DNA from: Cyanophora paradoxa CCMP329
Taxonomy: Eukaryota; Plantae; Glaucophyta
Direction of reading: 5' to 3'
DNA: 64,000 bases
NCBI GenBank assembly: GCA_004431415.1
Contig: QPMI01000039.1
Coordinates: 620,001 to 684,000, forward strand
The position numbers and the translations under genes are program-made. Numbering within the stretch: position 1 is the stretch's first letter; each line of letters starts with the position of its first letter. This document shows positions 47,828-59,976 of the stretch, piece after piece. The notes beneath the pieces are model-generated. The model was not told the DNA's origin. It did no database searches and saw only the letters and a list, made by a program, of their open reading frames with translations.

Positions 47828-49590
47828 TCAGCGCTTCTTGAGGGCGAGGACGGACCCGACGACGGCGGCGGCCGCCAGGGCGCTCGCCAGGTTCACCTGA
47901 GCCGGAGACGGGGCGTGAGGCCTGGGAAGGCCCCGGGCCCCCGGGCGAGGTCGCGCCGCCCCACCTGAACGTTGACGAAGGGGATCGTGAAGAGCGGCGT
48001 CTCGAAGAAGGCTGCTGGGAGGGGAGGGGGCGGCGATGTCAGGCGAGGGCGAGGGAGAGGGGAGAGGGGCGCGGGGCGCGGGGGGCGCACTGGAGGAGCG
48101 CTTGAGGAGGAGGCCCTTCTCGGCGGCCCGCTTGTGCATCCGCCTGCGCGCGCGCGGGGGGGGCCGGCCCGTCGGCCCTCGTCCGGGGGAAGGCGGCGAG
48201 GGCGAGGCGAGGCCCACTCACCGGATGAGCTCGGAGGTCGACACGTAGCCGATCTTGTACCCGGGCTGTCGCGGGAAGGAGGTCGGGAGCGGCTCGATGC
48301 TGAGCGCGCGGGCGCGCAGGCGGGGGAGCGGTGGGTGCGCGCCCGGCGCGCACCTCGTCCTTGACGGAGGCCGGGCACTTCTCGGCGAGGCCCCACACGC
48401 TGCACCCGCACGCGATCTCCTGCACCTTTGAGCGGGGAGCGTCGTTGGATTTGATCCCGACGAGCCACAGCAAAGACGGGCGGAGGTCCCCTGCACCTTC
48501 GAGGAGGAGGACGACGCGCAGCCGCACACGCCGCCGGCCTTGCCCGCACAGTTGCACGACGGACCACACTTGCACGACGGGCCGCACTGGCAGCCCTTCG
48601 CCTCGGCGCCGGCCTTGGGCGGGCAGGCGCACACGCCGCCAGACTTGCCCGCACAGCTGCGCGCTTTCCGTCAACGAAGGCTGCCCGCCTGCCCGCTCGG
48701 CCACACGCACTTGCACGACGGGCCGCACTGGCAGCCCTTCGCCTCGGCGCCGGCCTTGGGCGGGCAGGCGCACACGCCGCCAGACTTGCCCGCACAGCTG
48801 CGCGCTTTCCGTCAACGAAGGCTGCCCGCCTGCCCGCTCGGCCACACGCACTTGCACGACGGGCCGCACTGGCAGCCCTTCGCCTCGGCGCCGGCCTTGG
48901 GCGGGCAGGCGCACACGCCGCCAGACTTGCCCGCACAGCTGCGCGCTTTCCGTCAACGAAGGCTGCCCGCCTGCCCGCTCGGCCACACGCACTTGCACGA
49001 CGGGCCGCACTGGCAGCCCTTCGCCTCGGCGCCGGCCTTGGGCGGGCAGGCGCACACGCCACCAGACTTGCCCGCACAGCTGCGCGCTTTCCGTCAGCAA
49101 CTGCCGCCTGCTCGCGCGCTCGCTCGGCCACACGCACTTGCACGATGGGCCGCACTGGCAGCCCTTCGCCTCGGCGCCGGCCTTGGGCGGGCAGGCGCAC
49201 ACGCCGCCAGACTTGCCCGCACAGCTGCGCGCTTTCCGTCAGCGACGGCCGTCTGCCCGCCCGCTCGGCCACACGCACTTGCACGACGGGCCGCACTGGC
49301 AGCCCTTCGCCTCGGCGCCGGCCTTGGGAGGGCAGGCGCACACGCCGCCAGACTTGCCCGCGCAGCTGCGCGCTTTCCGTCAGCGAAGGCTGCACGCTCG
49401 CGCGCTTGCTCGCAACACGCACTTGCACGACGGGCCGCACTGGCATGCCTTGGACCCCAGCAGGCCGGCCTGGACGAAGTTCAGCTTTGCGCGCCGGCTA
49501 GCCGCCTCTTCGGGTCGTCGAAAACCGGGCGACGGGGGCCGATCGCACCTGCTTTGCCTTCTCATGAACGTGAGCTACGACGGCGTCCAT
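47828..49590 (-). CDS. Metallothionein-like Cys-rich repeat protein with C-terminal membrane anchor
   Basis: MDAVVAHVHEKAKQ|LNFVQAGLLGSKACQCGPSCN| followed by 6x CAGKSGGVCACPPKAGAEAKGCQCGPSC(N/K), then ...FFETPLFTIPFVNVQ|VNLASALAAAAVVGSVLALKKR*. Confidence 0.75.
48565..49445 (-). repeat. 141-bp exon+intron tandem repeat x6
   Basis: GCACTTGCACGA recurs at 48707, 48848, 48989, 49135, 49276 and 49419. Each unit is an 87-nt exon plus a ~54-nt GT-AG intron with an in-frame TGA. Confidence 0.92.
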
Positions 49591-49912
49591 CGCATTCTTT
49601 CCGCCAGCGAACGGATCTAAGATGTCGTCGCCGTACGCGTCAGATTGGCCGCGAGACGTGAGTCGCGTACGGGACCGGACGACCCGCGAAAGCGCTGCTC
49701 ACCCGATCCGAGCTGCGATACGGCCGGGCATTTCTTCGCCGCCTCGCTCCAGAGGCCGCAGCCTGCAGGACCGCGTCAGCGACGTCCGCGGCGCCGCTGC
49801 GGTTGCATCGGTACCGCGGCATGCAATCGAGCGTGCTTACCGCACGGGATCTCTTGGACCTTGCCCGACATTCTAGTTCTCGCTGAAGTTCGCTCGCGAC
49901 GGGTACACTGCG

Positions 49913-52181
49913 ATGGCGGCCAGCTTCGCGACGTGCTTCGCGGCCTGCACGCCTCCGTGCCGCTCCGGTAGCTTGGCGGCATCTGCCTGGCTACCTCCGC
50001 GCGCGGAGCTCGCCGTCCAGCCGGCGCGACGGATTCTAGGCGCTCGGTCAGTGTGGGCTGGCTCGCCGGTGACCGCTCGGGCCTTCGTCGGCAGGAGACG
50101 CGTCTGTCGCTTGCGCTGGCAACAAGCCGGAGCGGCGCCCCCGCCGCCCGCACTCGCACCCGTCCGAGCCGCTAGAACCGACGGCGATGAGACGAGCGCC
50201 GACGGAGAGGCGGGGCACCTTAAGACGCAGCAGCCGCGTGCGGAGCCCGCAGACGTTCCGGAGGACATGGAGTACGATCCGGCGTCGGTCGCGGCCGCCC
50301 AGAAGCTCGCGTCGACGTACTCGGTGCGCTTCGCCCGCGTGCCTGCCGCCACGCCCCCGGCGTCGAGCGCGGCCGCAGGTGTATCCGAAGCTCTCCGAAG
50401 AAGTCGCGAGCATGCTGAAGACCGGCCTGGGATTCTCGGACGAGGACTGCGAGACGGTGGTGCAGCTGTGCCCTCGCCTCGCGTGGGTGCCCCCCTGGCG
50501 GGTGCGCGGCGGCCCTGCGCATGCAGCCCCGCGCGAGCACGCCCGAGCAGCGCTCGCAGGTGGCAGAGGTGCTGGACCTGCTCTCCGTCGCCGGCTTCTC
50601 GAGCCGGCGCTCGCTGAAGCACACCGTGCTGCGCGGGCCCGAGGTCCTCGCCCGCAGCCTCGACGAGCTCCACTTCATCTGCGCCCTCGTCCAGGCCAGC
50701 CGCCCCCGCGCGCCGCCCGCAGCGAAGCGATCCTCGCCTGATTCGATCCGGCGCAGGGCCTCGGGGCGCGCACCGAGGCCGAGTTCCACCGCATATGGCG
50801 CACCAACCCGGGCCTCCTCACCCTCAACTACGAGGTAGCCCCCTCCTATCGATATCCCCGCGCTCCCGCCCGCCCGGCCGCCGCCTCCGCCGCTGCCGCC
50901 GCCGCCGACGCGCGCCGCCGCAGTCGCAGGTGCGACCCGTCCTCGAGATCCTGCTCACGCTCGGCGTCGACCTCAAGCACATGCTCGGTACCCCCCTGTC
51001 GCCCGTCCTCCTCTTTGTATCGCCGTACCCCCCCGAGCCGCCCCGCAGGCTCGGCGCGGGTGCTGAACCACGGCCTCGATTTCCTCCAGTGGAAGATCGA
51101 GCACCTGCGGGACCTCGGGATCGACGGCCTCCTCCTGACCCGAACCCTCAACCGCTGCCCCCAGGCCGTCGAGTACTGGTCCGCCCCGTATCCCCCGCCT
51201 CCTTCTCCCCCCTTCAGAAAAAGACGAGCGAAAAAAAGGTACACGGCGGGCCCGATGGTCGCGTACCTCCGCGAGCTCGGCTGTGTCGAGGAGGACGTCA
51301 TCCAGATCGTTTACAAGGTGCCCCAGTACCCCCATCCCTCCCCGCGCGAGCCAGGTACCCCCGCTCAGCAACCCCCCCCCCCCTCCCGCGCAGTACCCCC
51401 GGATCGTGATGCTGAGCACGCGGAGCGTGACGCCCAAGGTGGCGTTCCTGCAGGGGCTGGGCCTCCGCGGGGACGCCCTGGTCCGGACCCTCCGCCGCTG
51501 GCCCCAGATCCTCTCGTGCAGCCTGGAGGGCAAGATCGTGCCGGCGCTGCGGGCGCTCCAGGCGGCGGGGCTGGCCCGCGCCGACCTGCTCGCGGTCATC
51601 CGCCAGAAGCCGGCGCTGCTGGGGCTCTCGGTCGAGCGCCGCCTCGCGCCCCGCATCGAGGCCCTCAGGCGCGCCGGGTTCGAGGGCCCCCTCCTCACCC
51701 GCGTCCTCAAGAGCGCCCCCGGCATCCTCGAGCGGCGCCTCGAGGAGACGCTGCCCGCCAAGCTCGCGTTCCTCCTCGAGCGGGGGTACACCCTCTCCGA
51801 CGTCGCGGCGATGCCGGTCGCCCTGACGACGAGCCTCGAGCGCCGCGTCCGGCCCCGCCTCCTCTTCCTCGAGGCCCGCGGCATCCGCCGCGGACTCTCC
51901 CAGGCCCGCACTCTCCCGCGTACCCCCTCCCCGCTCCCCGTTCCCCCGGAGCGAACGTACCCTCGCAGGTGGTGCCCCCCACGGACGCCGGGTTCGCGGA
52001 GCGCGTGGCCCGCGTACCTCTCCACGAGTATGCCGCCTTCGTGCAGGGCCTTCCCCCCCTCCAACCGCCGGCCCCCCGGGCCCGCATGCGCAGAGGCTCG
52101 GCGGCCAGCAATGATGTAGACCCGGACGCTCCCCTGCTGCACGCCCGGGGCCCCGACCCCCTCCCCCTTGAGCTCCACTGA
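49913..52181 (+). CDS. mTERF family protein with organellar (plastid-like) transit peptide
   Basis: Repeated PxVAFLxxLGL..D.L...L.R.PQIL..SLE..I.P units and C-terminal SLERRVRPRLLFL...TDAGFAERVA; Ser/Ala/Arg-rich leader MAASFATCF. Confidence 0.9.
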
Positions 52182-52732
52182 AGCTTCAAAGAAAAGATCA
52201 AATTCGAAACTCCAATCTCACCACAACAGGACTCGCGCATAGCTACAGACTGCTCGCGCATATACATTTACTGCAAGCGATATACCAAATAACATGAAAT
52301 TCTGGACTATTAAAAGGACGGCTCTATAAGTCGGTACAAGCAGCGGACTTGGCCCGACGACAACATAAACGAAGAGATGTACTCCAGAGGCCTAGCGATC
52401 CATAGAAAAAGAGGACACGAACTAATAGACATCAAGAGGCGACACATAGAGAACATCTCAGAGGAATCTCACCAAAGCAGCTATGGTTTGCTGCCACTGT
52501 ATGTACACTGCGGGTGTTGAAAGAGACCCACGAAAATAGATGAAACAGACGCAGGCTAAACGCCTATCTGTGTACGTAGTACGTAGTACGTAGATGCACG
52601 CAACAGGAAATCGGGGCGGCCGCCGCCCCGATCGGAGCTTCCAGGCGCCGGGAAGAGGGTACAACAGTGCCGGCGCCTGAGCCCCGGGGGGCCGCGGCGG
52701 TGCCGCCCGCTGCAACGGGCTAAAGAAAAGGC

Positions 52733-54070
52733 TCATACGGGGCCGAAGGGGGAGGGGCGGCGGCCGGGGCCGCCGACGCCGTCGAAGCGGCCCTCGGAGC
52801 TGGTGCGCTGGAGCTCGAAGTGGCCGAGGCCGAACTTGCCGCCGCGGGAGAGGGCCGAGCACGGGCTCGAGAGGGCCGAGGTCAGGCCCCGCGTGCACGC
52901 CGACGAGGCCCCGCTCGAGCCCAGCTGCCCCAGATCGCCCGACGAGCCGAACTGCGCCGCCCCAAAGCGCCCCTGGCCGTTCTCGCTGAGCCGCCGGCGC
53001 AGGACCGTGATCACGTCTGCGGGCGGGCGGGCTCAGCGCGCGCGCGCGCGCGCGCGCCGGGCGGGCGGGAGGGCGCAGCGCAGCGGACCGTCGCGCTCGG
53101 CAAGCTGGTCGGCAAGGCTCTTGTTCTCGGCCTCGAGGCGCTTAAGCTGCGCGCGCCGGGCGTCGGATGCGGGCGCAGGCGGCGCGGTCGCTATCAAACT
53201 AAAAGAACGCATGCGGCAAGGCGCCGGTTCTATCGGAAGCGGCGGGGCGGGGGCGGGCGGACCTTGTCGGAGCGGGAGCTGCGGGTGCGCATGCTCTCGA
53301 GGCGCTCGAGGGCGCCGAAGAGCTCCTGCTTCACCTTGCAGATCACCTGGGTGAAGCGGCCGCTGCCGCCCTCCTCGTTCACGCTTGTGACCGAGCGGAC
53401 CGAGCCGTCGCACACGGGCTCGCCATCGAAGCCGCTCGCGCCCGGCCCGCGCTCCGACTCGTTCTCCGCCGGCTGGTGCTCCTCATTGCGGTCGAACCGG
53501 TCGAGGAAGTTGTAGATCTCGTACTCGGCCGACTTCGGCGTCGGCAGATCGAGGGCAGAGAGCCGCTGCGCGGCGCGCGGGATAAGTCGGCGCGCCTTCG
53601 CTGAGCAGGGGCGAGCTGTTAGAAGATTAGGTGAACGGACCTTCTTTGAGGTCTGCCCGCAGTTCCCGAGGCACCGCGAAGCCGACGAAACGCGCGAGAG
53701 ACGGGCGGGCGAGAAGTCGGAGGTCAGCGGGACATTGCGGTCGCTGGAGCTGTTCGATGGAGACGGGTTGATCGCAGCTCTCTCGAGTTCAGCAACGCGA
53801 GCTCTCAAGTCCTGGTTCTCCCGCTCCATGATGGAGAGCCGGCGCCGGTGGTCCTCCTCGGCCGACTGGGCCTGGAACTCCAGCGTTCTAATCTCCGCGT
53901 CTTTCGCGACAATTTTGTTTTCGGCTTCCTCCAGCGCCGCCTGCAGCTGCGCAACGGACTCCTTCTTCCGTTCGAGGTCTGCGGCACGCATGGGTGGTAA
54001 GTTCGCCATCGAGTGCATCGTGGGCTCGGCGACCAGCGCACCATCCGAAAGAGACTTGACATGCTCCCTG
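52733..54070 (-). CDS. Coiled-coil hypothetical protein (5' end unresolved)
   Basis: DLERKKESVAQLQAALEEAENKIVAKDAEIRTLEFQ..., VKQELFGALERLE, LKRLEAENKSLADQLAERD|DVITVLRRRL, with spliceable introns. Confidence 0.65.
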
Positions 54071-55420
54071 CAAGATCGAACAAAGTTAGTGAATCAAGGG
54101 ACTGCGGGGCGGGTGCTGGTTGGGTTTGTCACCAGACGGAGGATGGGGTCGAGCCGGCGACTAGCAGCCCACCAGCAGACGACGACGCCGATGACGAAGC
54201 ACTATCGGGGGCACGATCCTCCTCCTTGGGAGCGGACTGGGGGGGAAGGACCAACCCAACCATCTGCAAGCGCGGAAGGACAGGTCAGGGCCACAGAAAA
54301 AGTCGAAGGAGCAGGAGACAGGCGTTGAAAGGGTCGCTTTGAAGAGCGAGGGGGGAAGCAACGAAGGCCCTTATGGCGCAATTTGAGGGAGGGCGTCACG
54401 GACCGCGAGGCTGAGGGCCGACATCTTCCTCGGTGCCTCGGGCGAGAGCTTCGGCGATGGACGAGCAACGCCATCCGCTGCAACGAGAACGATGCGCGGG
54501 CTGTTGCGGCCGGAATGAGCCCCGCTGCTGTCAATTCCCTTGTGCGCTGGACGCGCTGGACTGACAGCCCTGGGCGCTTCTACTGCCCCAGCGGCTTGCA
54601 TTGACTCGGCGAGATGGGGCGCCAGGTTGTCGCTGGAGGCACCGGTGGCGGTGCTGGGGGCGGGCCCGAATTGATACCCAACAAGATCGGGCTCCGCGGC
54701 CCCTCTGAAGAGTAACAGGCGATTTGCTGGCGCTACTCCCGCGTTCGGGCGGTGGTGCGCGCAGCCGGCAGAGAGTGCGCAAGCTCTCTTTTTTTGTTCT
54801 GATTGTACCCGGCGGGGTGGTCAGTACCCCCTAGCCCCGCGCGCCGCGCTAGCGCTGGCGTTACGGGGCAGCTGCTCTGAGGTCGAAGGAGTTGGGCCGA
54901 TGATTTCGATGAATCGTGACCCGCGCTGTGCGAGTCGCAGCGAACCGATCGAATGTGAGCGCCCCGTCAAGTGGCGCTCCAGCTTCTCGGCGTCAATCTA
55001 TACCGCTCCAATGACCTGCGATACTGATGCCTCTGCCCGCAGGCTACCGGAACGTCGCGCACAGCGAACCACCGACCAGATCAGCATTCGGCGCGGACGC
55101 GGATGGCGAAGCAGCTTCGATCAGTAGCAGCTGCAGGCAATCATGCCTTTTCCTCCCCGACTGGTTGCCCACTGCCCCTCCTCTTGATGTACGCGTGCGA
55201 TGCCGCGTAGACCATGCGCCAGGTCCCAAGAACTGAGCCTAGTAAGCAGAGCTCGACCGCACATATCGCCGGCGCGCGGAAGGCTTGGCTTCGGCGGCAG
55301 CTTCGTGCGAGCCGGGCACTTTTCCGGCGCACGCGTCGATGCCCACTGTCTTGCGCACGTAAGCTGCTCGGGTTCTTTTTCATCCTCCACGCGCGCGCTC
55401 ACGCGCCGGCATTTTGAGCG

Positions 55421-58400
55421 TTGACGGCGGAACGCACAGGCCCGCGTAGAAGCGCCGCGCCGAGGCCGGAGGCCGCCGCTAGCGCGGGCTCGCCGGCCCC
55501 GGCCAGCTGCAGCGGAGCGGGCGGCGGAGCCCTGTCGAGCGGCGGCGGCGGCGGTGGGCGCTGGCCGGGAGAGGGGGCCAACGGACAGAGAGGCTGCAGC
55601 GGGGGCGGTGCGGGAGCTCCCGACGGCTCTGGCGCTCCCGTCGGGGGCGGAGGGGGCGGCAGCGGTGTCGGCGGGGGCGGGGGCAGGGGCGGGGGCGGCG
55701 GAGGGGGCGGCGGCGGAGGCGCGGGCGGAGGGGACGGAGGCGAGCAGGAGGACGACGTCGACGAGGACGAGGACGAGAGCGGGGAGGACGAGGAGGAGGA
55801 GGGTGGGGAGGGGGGCGGGGCGGGGCGGGCCCCGTGGCCGGATTCGGACAACCGGCTCTGCGGCGGGAGGCTGTTCCAGGGCGTGACGAAGCTGGCCGGC
55901 CGGCGGCAGTCGGAGAGGTGCCTCTACCGGGTACGCGCGCTGAGCCCCGCTGCGCCGCGGCGGGCGTCCGCGCGCCCTCTAACCGCCGGCGAGCGCCGCG
56001 CGCAGGTCGCCTGCAAGTTCGTTCGTTCGCGTACCCGTCCAAGCTCGACCTCGAGCTCAAGTCCGCTGCTGAGCGGGCGCGCGCCCCCGGCAGGTACGGC
56101 CAGGCGGCGGTGCAGACCTCGCGGGAGCCCGCCTTCGCCTTCGCGTCGAAGCGCGCCGCCGCCCGCTTCCACGACCGCGCCCTCCTCGTCCTCCGAGGCC
56201 CCGCCTGGGCGGCCCAGCCGCCCGTGCGGAAGGGCATCGCGCCGCGCATCAACTTCCAGGCGGAGATCGAGGGGTACATGCGGGAGCCGCTGCTCCAGCG
56301 GGAGGCGCTGATGGCCTCCGGGGTACCGTGCTTCCTGAACGGCCTAAACGGCGCCGGCGAGCGCGACACGGCGGCCCTCAATGCCGCCATCAAGGTGGGT
56401 ACATGTCGCCCCGCCCGCCTGCTTCCCTTCATTGCTTCCCTTCGCCTGACAGGGGCACAGGCGGCGATGCAGTACGTGTACGAGCGGACGCGGGGCGAGG
56501 GTGGCGTACCCCCGCCCTTCCCCACGGAAGAGGAGGTCAAGGCGGCGAGGGCCGCGGCGGCGGGGGCGGGGGCTGAGGGGGGGCACGGGGCGGTGGAGGA
56601 GGCGGCCGGCAGCAGCAGCAGCAGCGGAGAGGAGGAGGAGGAGGAGGGGGAGGGGGGCGAGGAGGGGGGGGAGGAGGAGGTGCCCCCGCCGTGCTCGCGG
56701 CTCACCCTTCAGCGCGCCGGCGTCGGCCAGGGGAGCGGGCGGTACCACGCCCTGGTGCGCCCCCCTCGCACGGCGCCAGGGCCCACGGGCGCGCGCTGCT
56801 CTCCGACGGAGCGCGGCCGGCGCGCAGTTCTACGTAGGGGCCCTCAACCTCTCCACGAGCCTCTCGCGGGCCTGCGGCTTCGCGACGAAGACGCGCGCGG
56901 CCGACTTCCGCGGGCGCGTCCTCCTCGTGCTTCTCGGGCAGGTCGGCGCGCTCCTCGCCGGCGTACCCCCGCACTTCGTCACCGCCTACGTCAATGAGGA
57001 CCGCCCCTTCCGCTTCTGGGCGGGGCTCCCCGAGGCCGCCGCGGGGCCGCCGCCGCTGCGCTGCCACCTGAACTTCGACTTCGCGGCGCTCGCGGCGCGG
57101 GCCGGGGACCCCGGGGCCAAGGCGGAGGCCAGGGGCGCCCTCGAGGTCCGCCCTCGAGCTCCCGTTCGTTTTGCGGCGGTCGCCGAGGCGCCCCGCGCAG
57201 GACGCGGCCCGCTACGTCGTCAGGAAGAGCGGCGGTCGGTTCCGGTACCCCTTCGAGCGCGCGGACGCGGCGCCGGTGAGCGCGGCACGCACGCGCCGGC
57301 AGCGGCGCGGCCCGGCGCGGCGCGGCGCTCGCCTCGCCTCGCCAGCGATCGGAGCCGCGCACGCAGGGCGGGAACGTCTACTCGTTCGAAAGCGGCTCCG
57401 GGAGCCGATGGACCTTCGAGCTCATGCGCATCCGTCCGCCCCACCACGCTGGCGGGGACTGGTCCTCCCGCGAGGCTGCCCAGCGCGCCAGGGACCGCCT
57501 CGCGTGCGCCCCGCCCCGCCCCGCCCCGCCCGCCCCCCTCTCCTCAATCCCCCCTCCCTAGCCTGGCGCTGTACGGGGAGACCAACGGCCGGCGCTTCAT
57601 GAGGCACCCGGCCTCGGACTACACCGGCGAGGCCTGGTACGAGGAGCTCACGGGCCTGCCTGAGGAGCAGGCGGTCGGGTTCCGCCACAGCGCCTTGGCC
57701 GGCCTCGCCCCGACCAGCAAGCTGCGCGGCAACCCCGACACGGTCCGTCCGCGCGGGGCCGGGCGGGGGCGGGCCAGTAGCCAGCCAGCCGAATCTGATC
57801 CGAGGCCCGGCAGCTGCTGGCGCTGCTCTTCGTGACGTACGCGAAGCTGCTGGTGAGGCACAACGAGCCGGCGGGCGGGGGCGAGCCGCTCTTCTGGCCC
57901 CGCGGTGCGAGGGCGGCCGAGGTGATATGCGACATGGAGACGTATGTGGGGGGGTACCTCGAGCCGTCCGCCCCGCGCGAGCAGACGCGCGCCCTCGCCG
58001 CGGTCATCCGCGAGGCCACGGAAAGGGCGGAGGCCGCCGCCGCGACTGCGCCGGGCACGCCCGGCCCGTCCACGACCAGCCGCGCCGACACCCCGGGCGC
58101 CGCTGCCGCCGGCCCTCCTGCGGGGCCAAGCGGGCGGGGCGTCTCCCTCCCCGTCGGTGCGCGGGCCCGCGCTCGCACGCGCGGGCGCGAGCGCCGGCGC
58201 CGATCACGAGGGCGGCGGGGCGCCTGGGGGCGCAGGGAGCGGGAGCGACGGGGCCCGCAAGCGCCGCCGGATCGACCTGGACGAAGAGGAGCCGCCCGAG
58301 CTGGCGGCCGCGGCGAGGGCGCCGCCGCCGCCGCCGCCGCAGAGGGCGCCCCGGCTCCCCGCGAAGGCGGCCCGCAGCTGCGGCGTCCTTCTCGGCCTCT

Positions 58401-59407
58401 TCCTCGAACCCTCAGGCGCGTCTCTGCTGCGAGAGGCCGCGGCCGCCCCTCTGACCGCGGCGCGCTCGTGTCGCAGGGCCCCGTGGCCTCGCTCCGCCCA
58501 CGCCGGCCGCCCCGAGCGCGATGGCTCCGGGACGCCGTTGGGCTCCTCGGCCGCGCCTCCGCCCGGCAGCTCCGCGGCGGCCGGCGCAGCGCCGTCGCCG
58601 TCGCCGTCGCCGGCGCTCCGGGGCCGCCGGCGCGTCCGCGTGCGGCGGGCGCCGTGGGTCGGGGGCGCGCAGGAGGCCGGGGCCGGGCCGGCTGCGGGCT
58701 CTCCGTGCCGGGAGCCTTCCGGAGCTGCAGGCCGAGGCCGCCCGCGCCCTGGGCCTCGCCTGCGACCCGCCGAAGTCGAGGTCTGGTCCGCGGTCCGTGC
58801 CCGCCCGTCCCCGTGGCGAGCGGCTGCGGGCGCCACCGACCGGGCGGGCGGGGCTGGCTGCCCGGCCGGCGGCGCGCAGCGGACGCTGGACGGGGTGAGC
58901 GACGTGGCGGAGGTCGAGCAGGGGGCGACCTACTACGTCCTCGCGGAGGAGGACCGCCTCGCCGCCCCCGCCGCCTGCCCCGACGTCCCCGAGGCCAGCC
59001 GCCGCGTCCAGGAGAGCCCCCGCCCCCGCTCTGCCGCCGCCCGCCCGGCCCGGCGGCCTCTCACTGGGCGGGGCGGCGTGGGCGCGCAGCTCAGGAGGAG
59101 GCCGCAGGCCCCAGAGTTCCGGGGGGTGGACGGGGAAGGGGCGTCGCTGCGATCGAGGAGGGGGTTCGACCTCAGCGGAGGCCCCGACGCCGTCCTCGCG
59201 CGCGCCTCCGAGCACTTCGGCTGCGAAATCGTCGCCCTGTGGACCGTGCGCGCGCGCCCCCTAGCCCTGGCCCCCTCGCCCGGCTGATCAGGGTCGACGT
59301 CCCCGCGGCATGCGCAGATTGAGCTCGACTCGGTGGGTCCAGGAGGACTGGCGCACGGCGGCGCGTACTACGCCGTGACCCAGCAGGAGCTGCTGGGAGT
59401 TGTGTGA
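55421..59407 (+). CDS. Putative AP2-like DNA-binding protein with two C-terminal KHA/ubiquitin-like domains (start unresolved)
   Basis: Gly/acidic leader; FQGVTK..YRV..FASKRAAARFHDRALLVLRG..INF; a second, degenerate GVG..GRYHALF..GFATKTRAADFRGRVLLVL..HLNF. C-terminal GSLPELQAEAARALGL..DGVSDVAEVEQGATYYV and DAVLARASEHFG..IELDSV..HGGAYYAV. Confidence 0.55.
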
Positions 59408-59976
59408 CCGCGCCGCGAGCGACGTCGACGCCGCCGCAGCGCCGGCGCCGGCGCCGGCGCCGCGGCTGCATCATCGAGCATCCTACATACGCGCACATGC
59501 ACATGGCGAGTCATTTGGCGAACATCATGCATCGATTATGATCATGAGGAGCGGCCTGGCTGCGGCCACCGCCCGCCAGGCTCTCATGATCAGCTGCAGG
59601 CTGCATGCGCAGCCTCGGAGCGCTGTCGAAGCTCATATGATCATGAGCAACTCCGATCGCCGAGCGCGTCGTACCCTCCGACGTGAACTCTGCAAGACTA
59701 CTAGTAGTCACTGAGTACCGGCGCGGTGTTACCGGTCCGTTAAAATAAGGTTTATACGGTGTACGTGGGGCCTGATCATGATCATGAAAAGCTCCGGCGC
59801 CGGCCCATCACTGGGCTGTCCAATCAGTGATAAATGCCGTGGCCGGTGCACCGTGCACCTACGCAAGTGATTCAGAAAATTACGTCACAACCGTCGCAAA
59901 CGCAATTGAAAAAGCCATGGAAAGCACAAAATCACACTTGATAATGACTCACTGATCAGTGAATTCGAACTAGAGT

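Noticed and set aside
47893-49661. Long 47-aa-repeat ORFs in several frames
   Set aside because: By-product of the 141-bp period; the Cys-rich frame with GT-AG introns explains the region.
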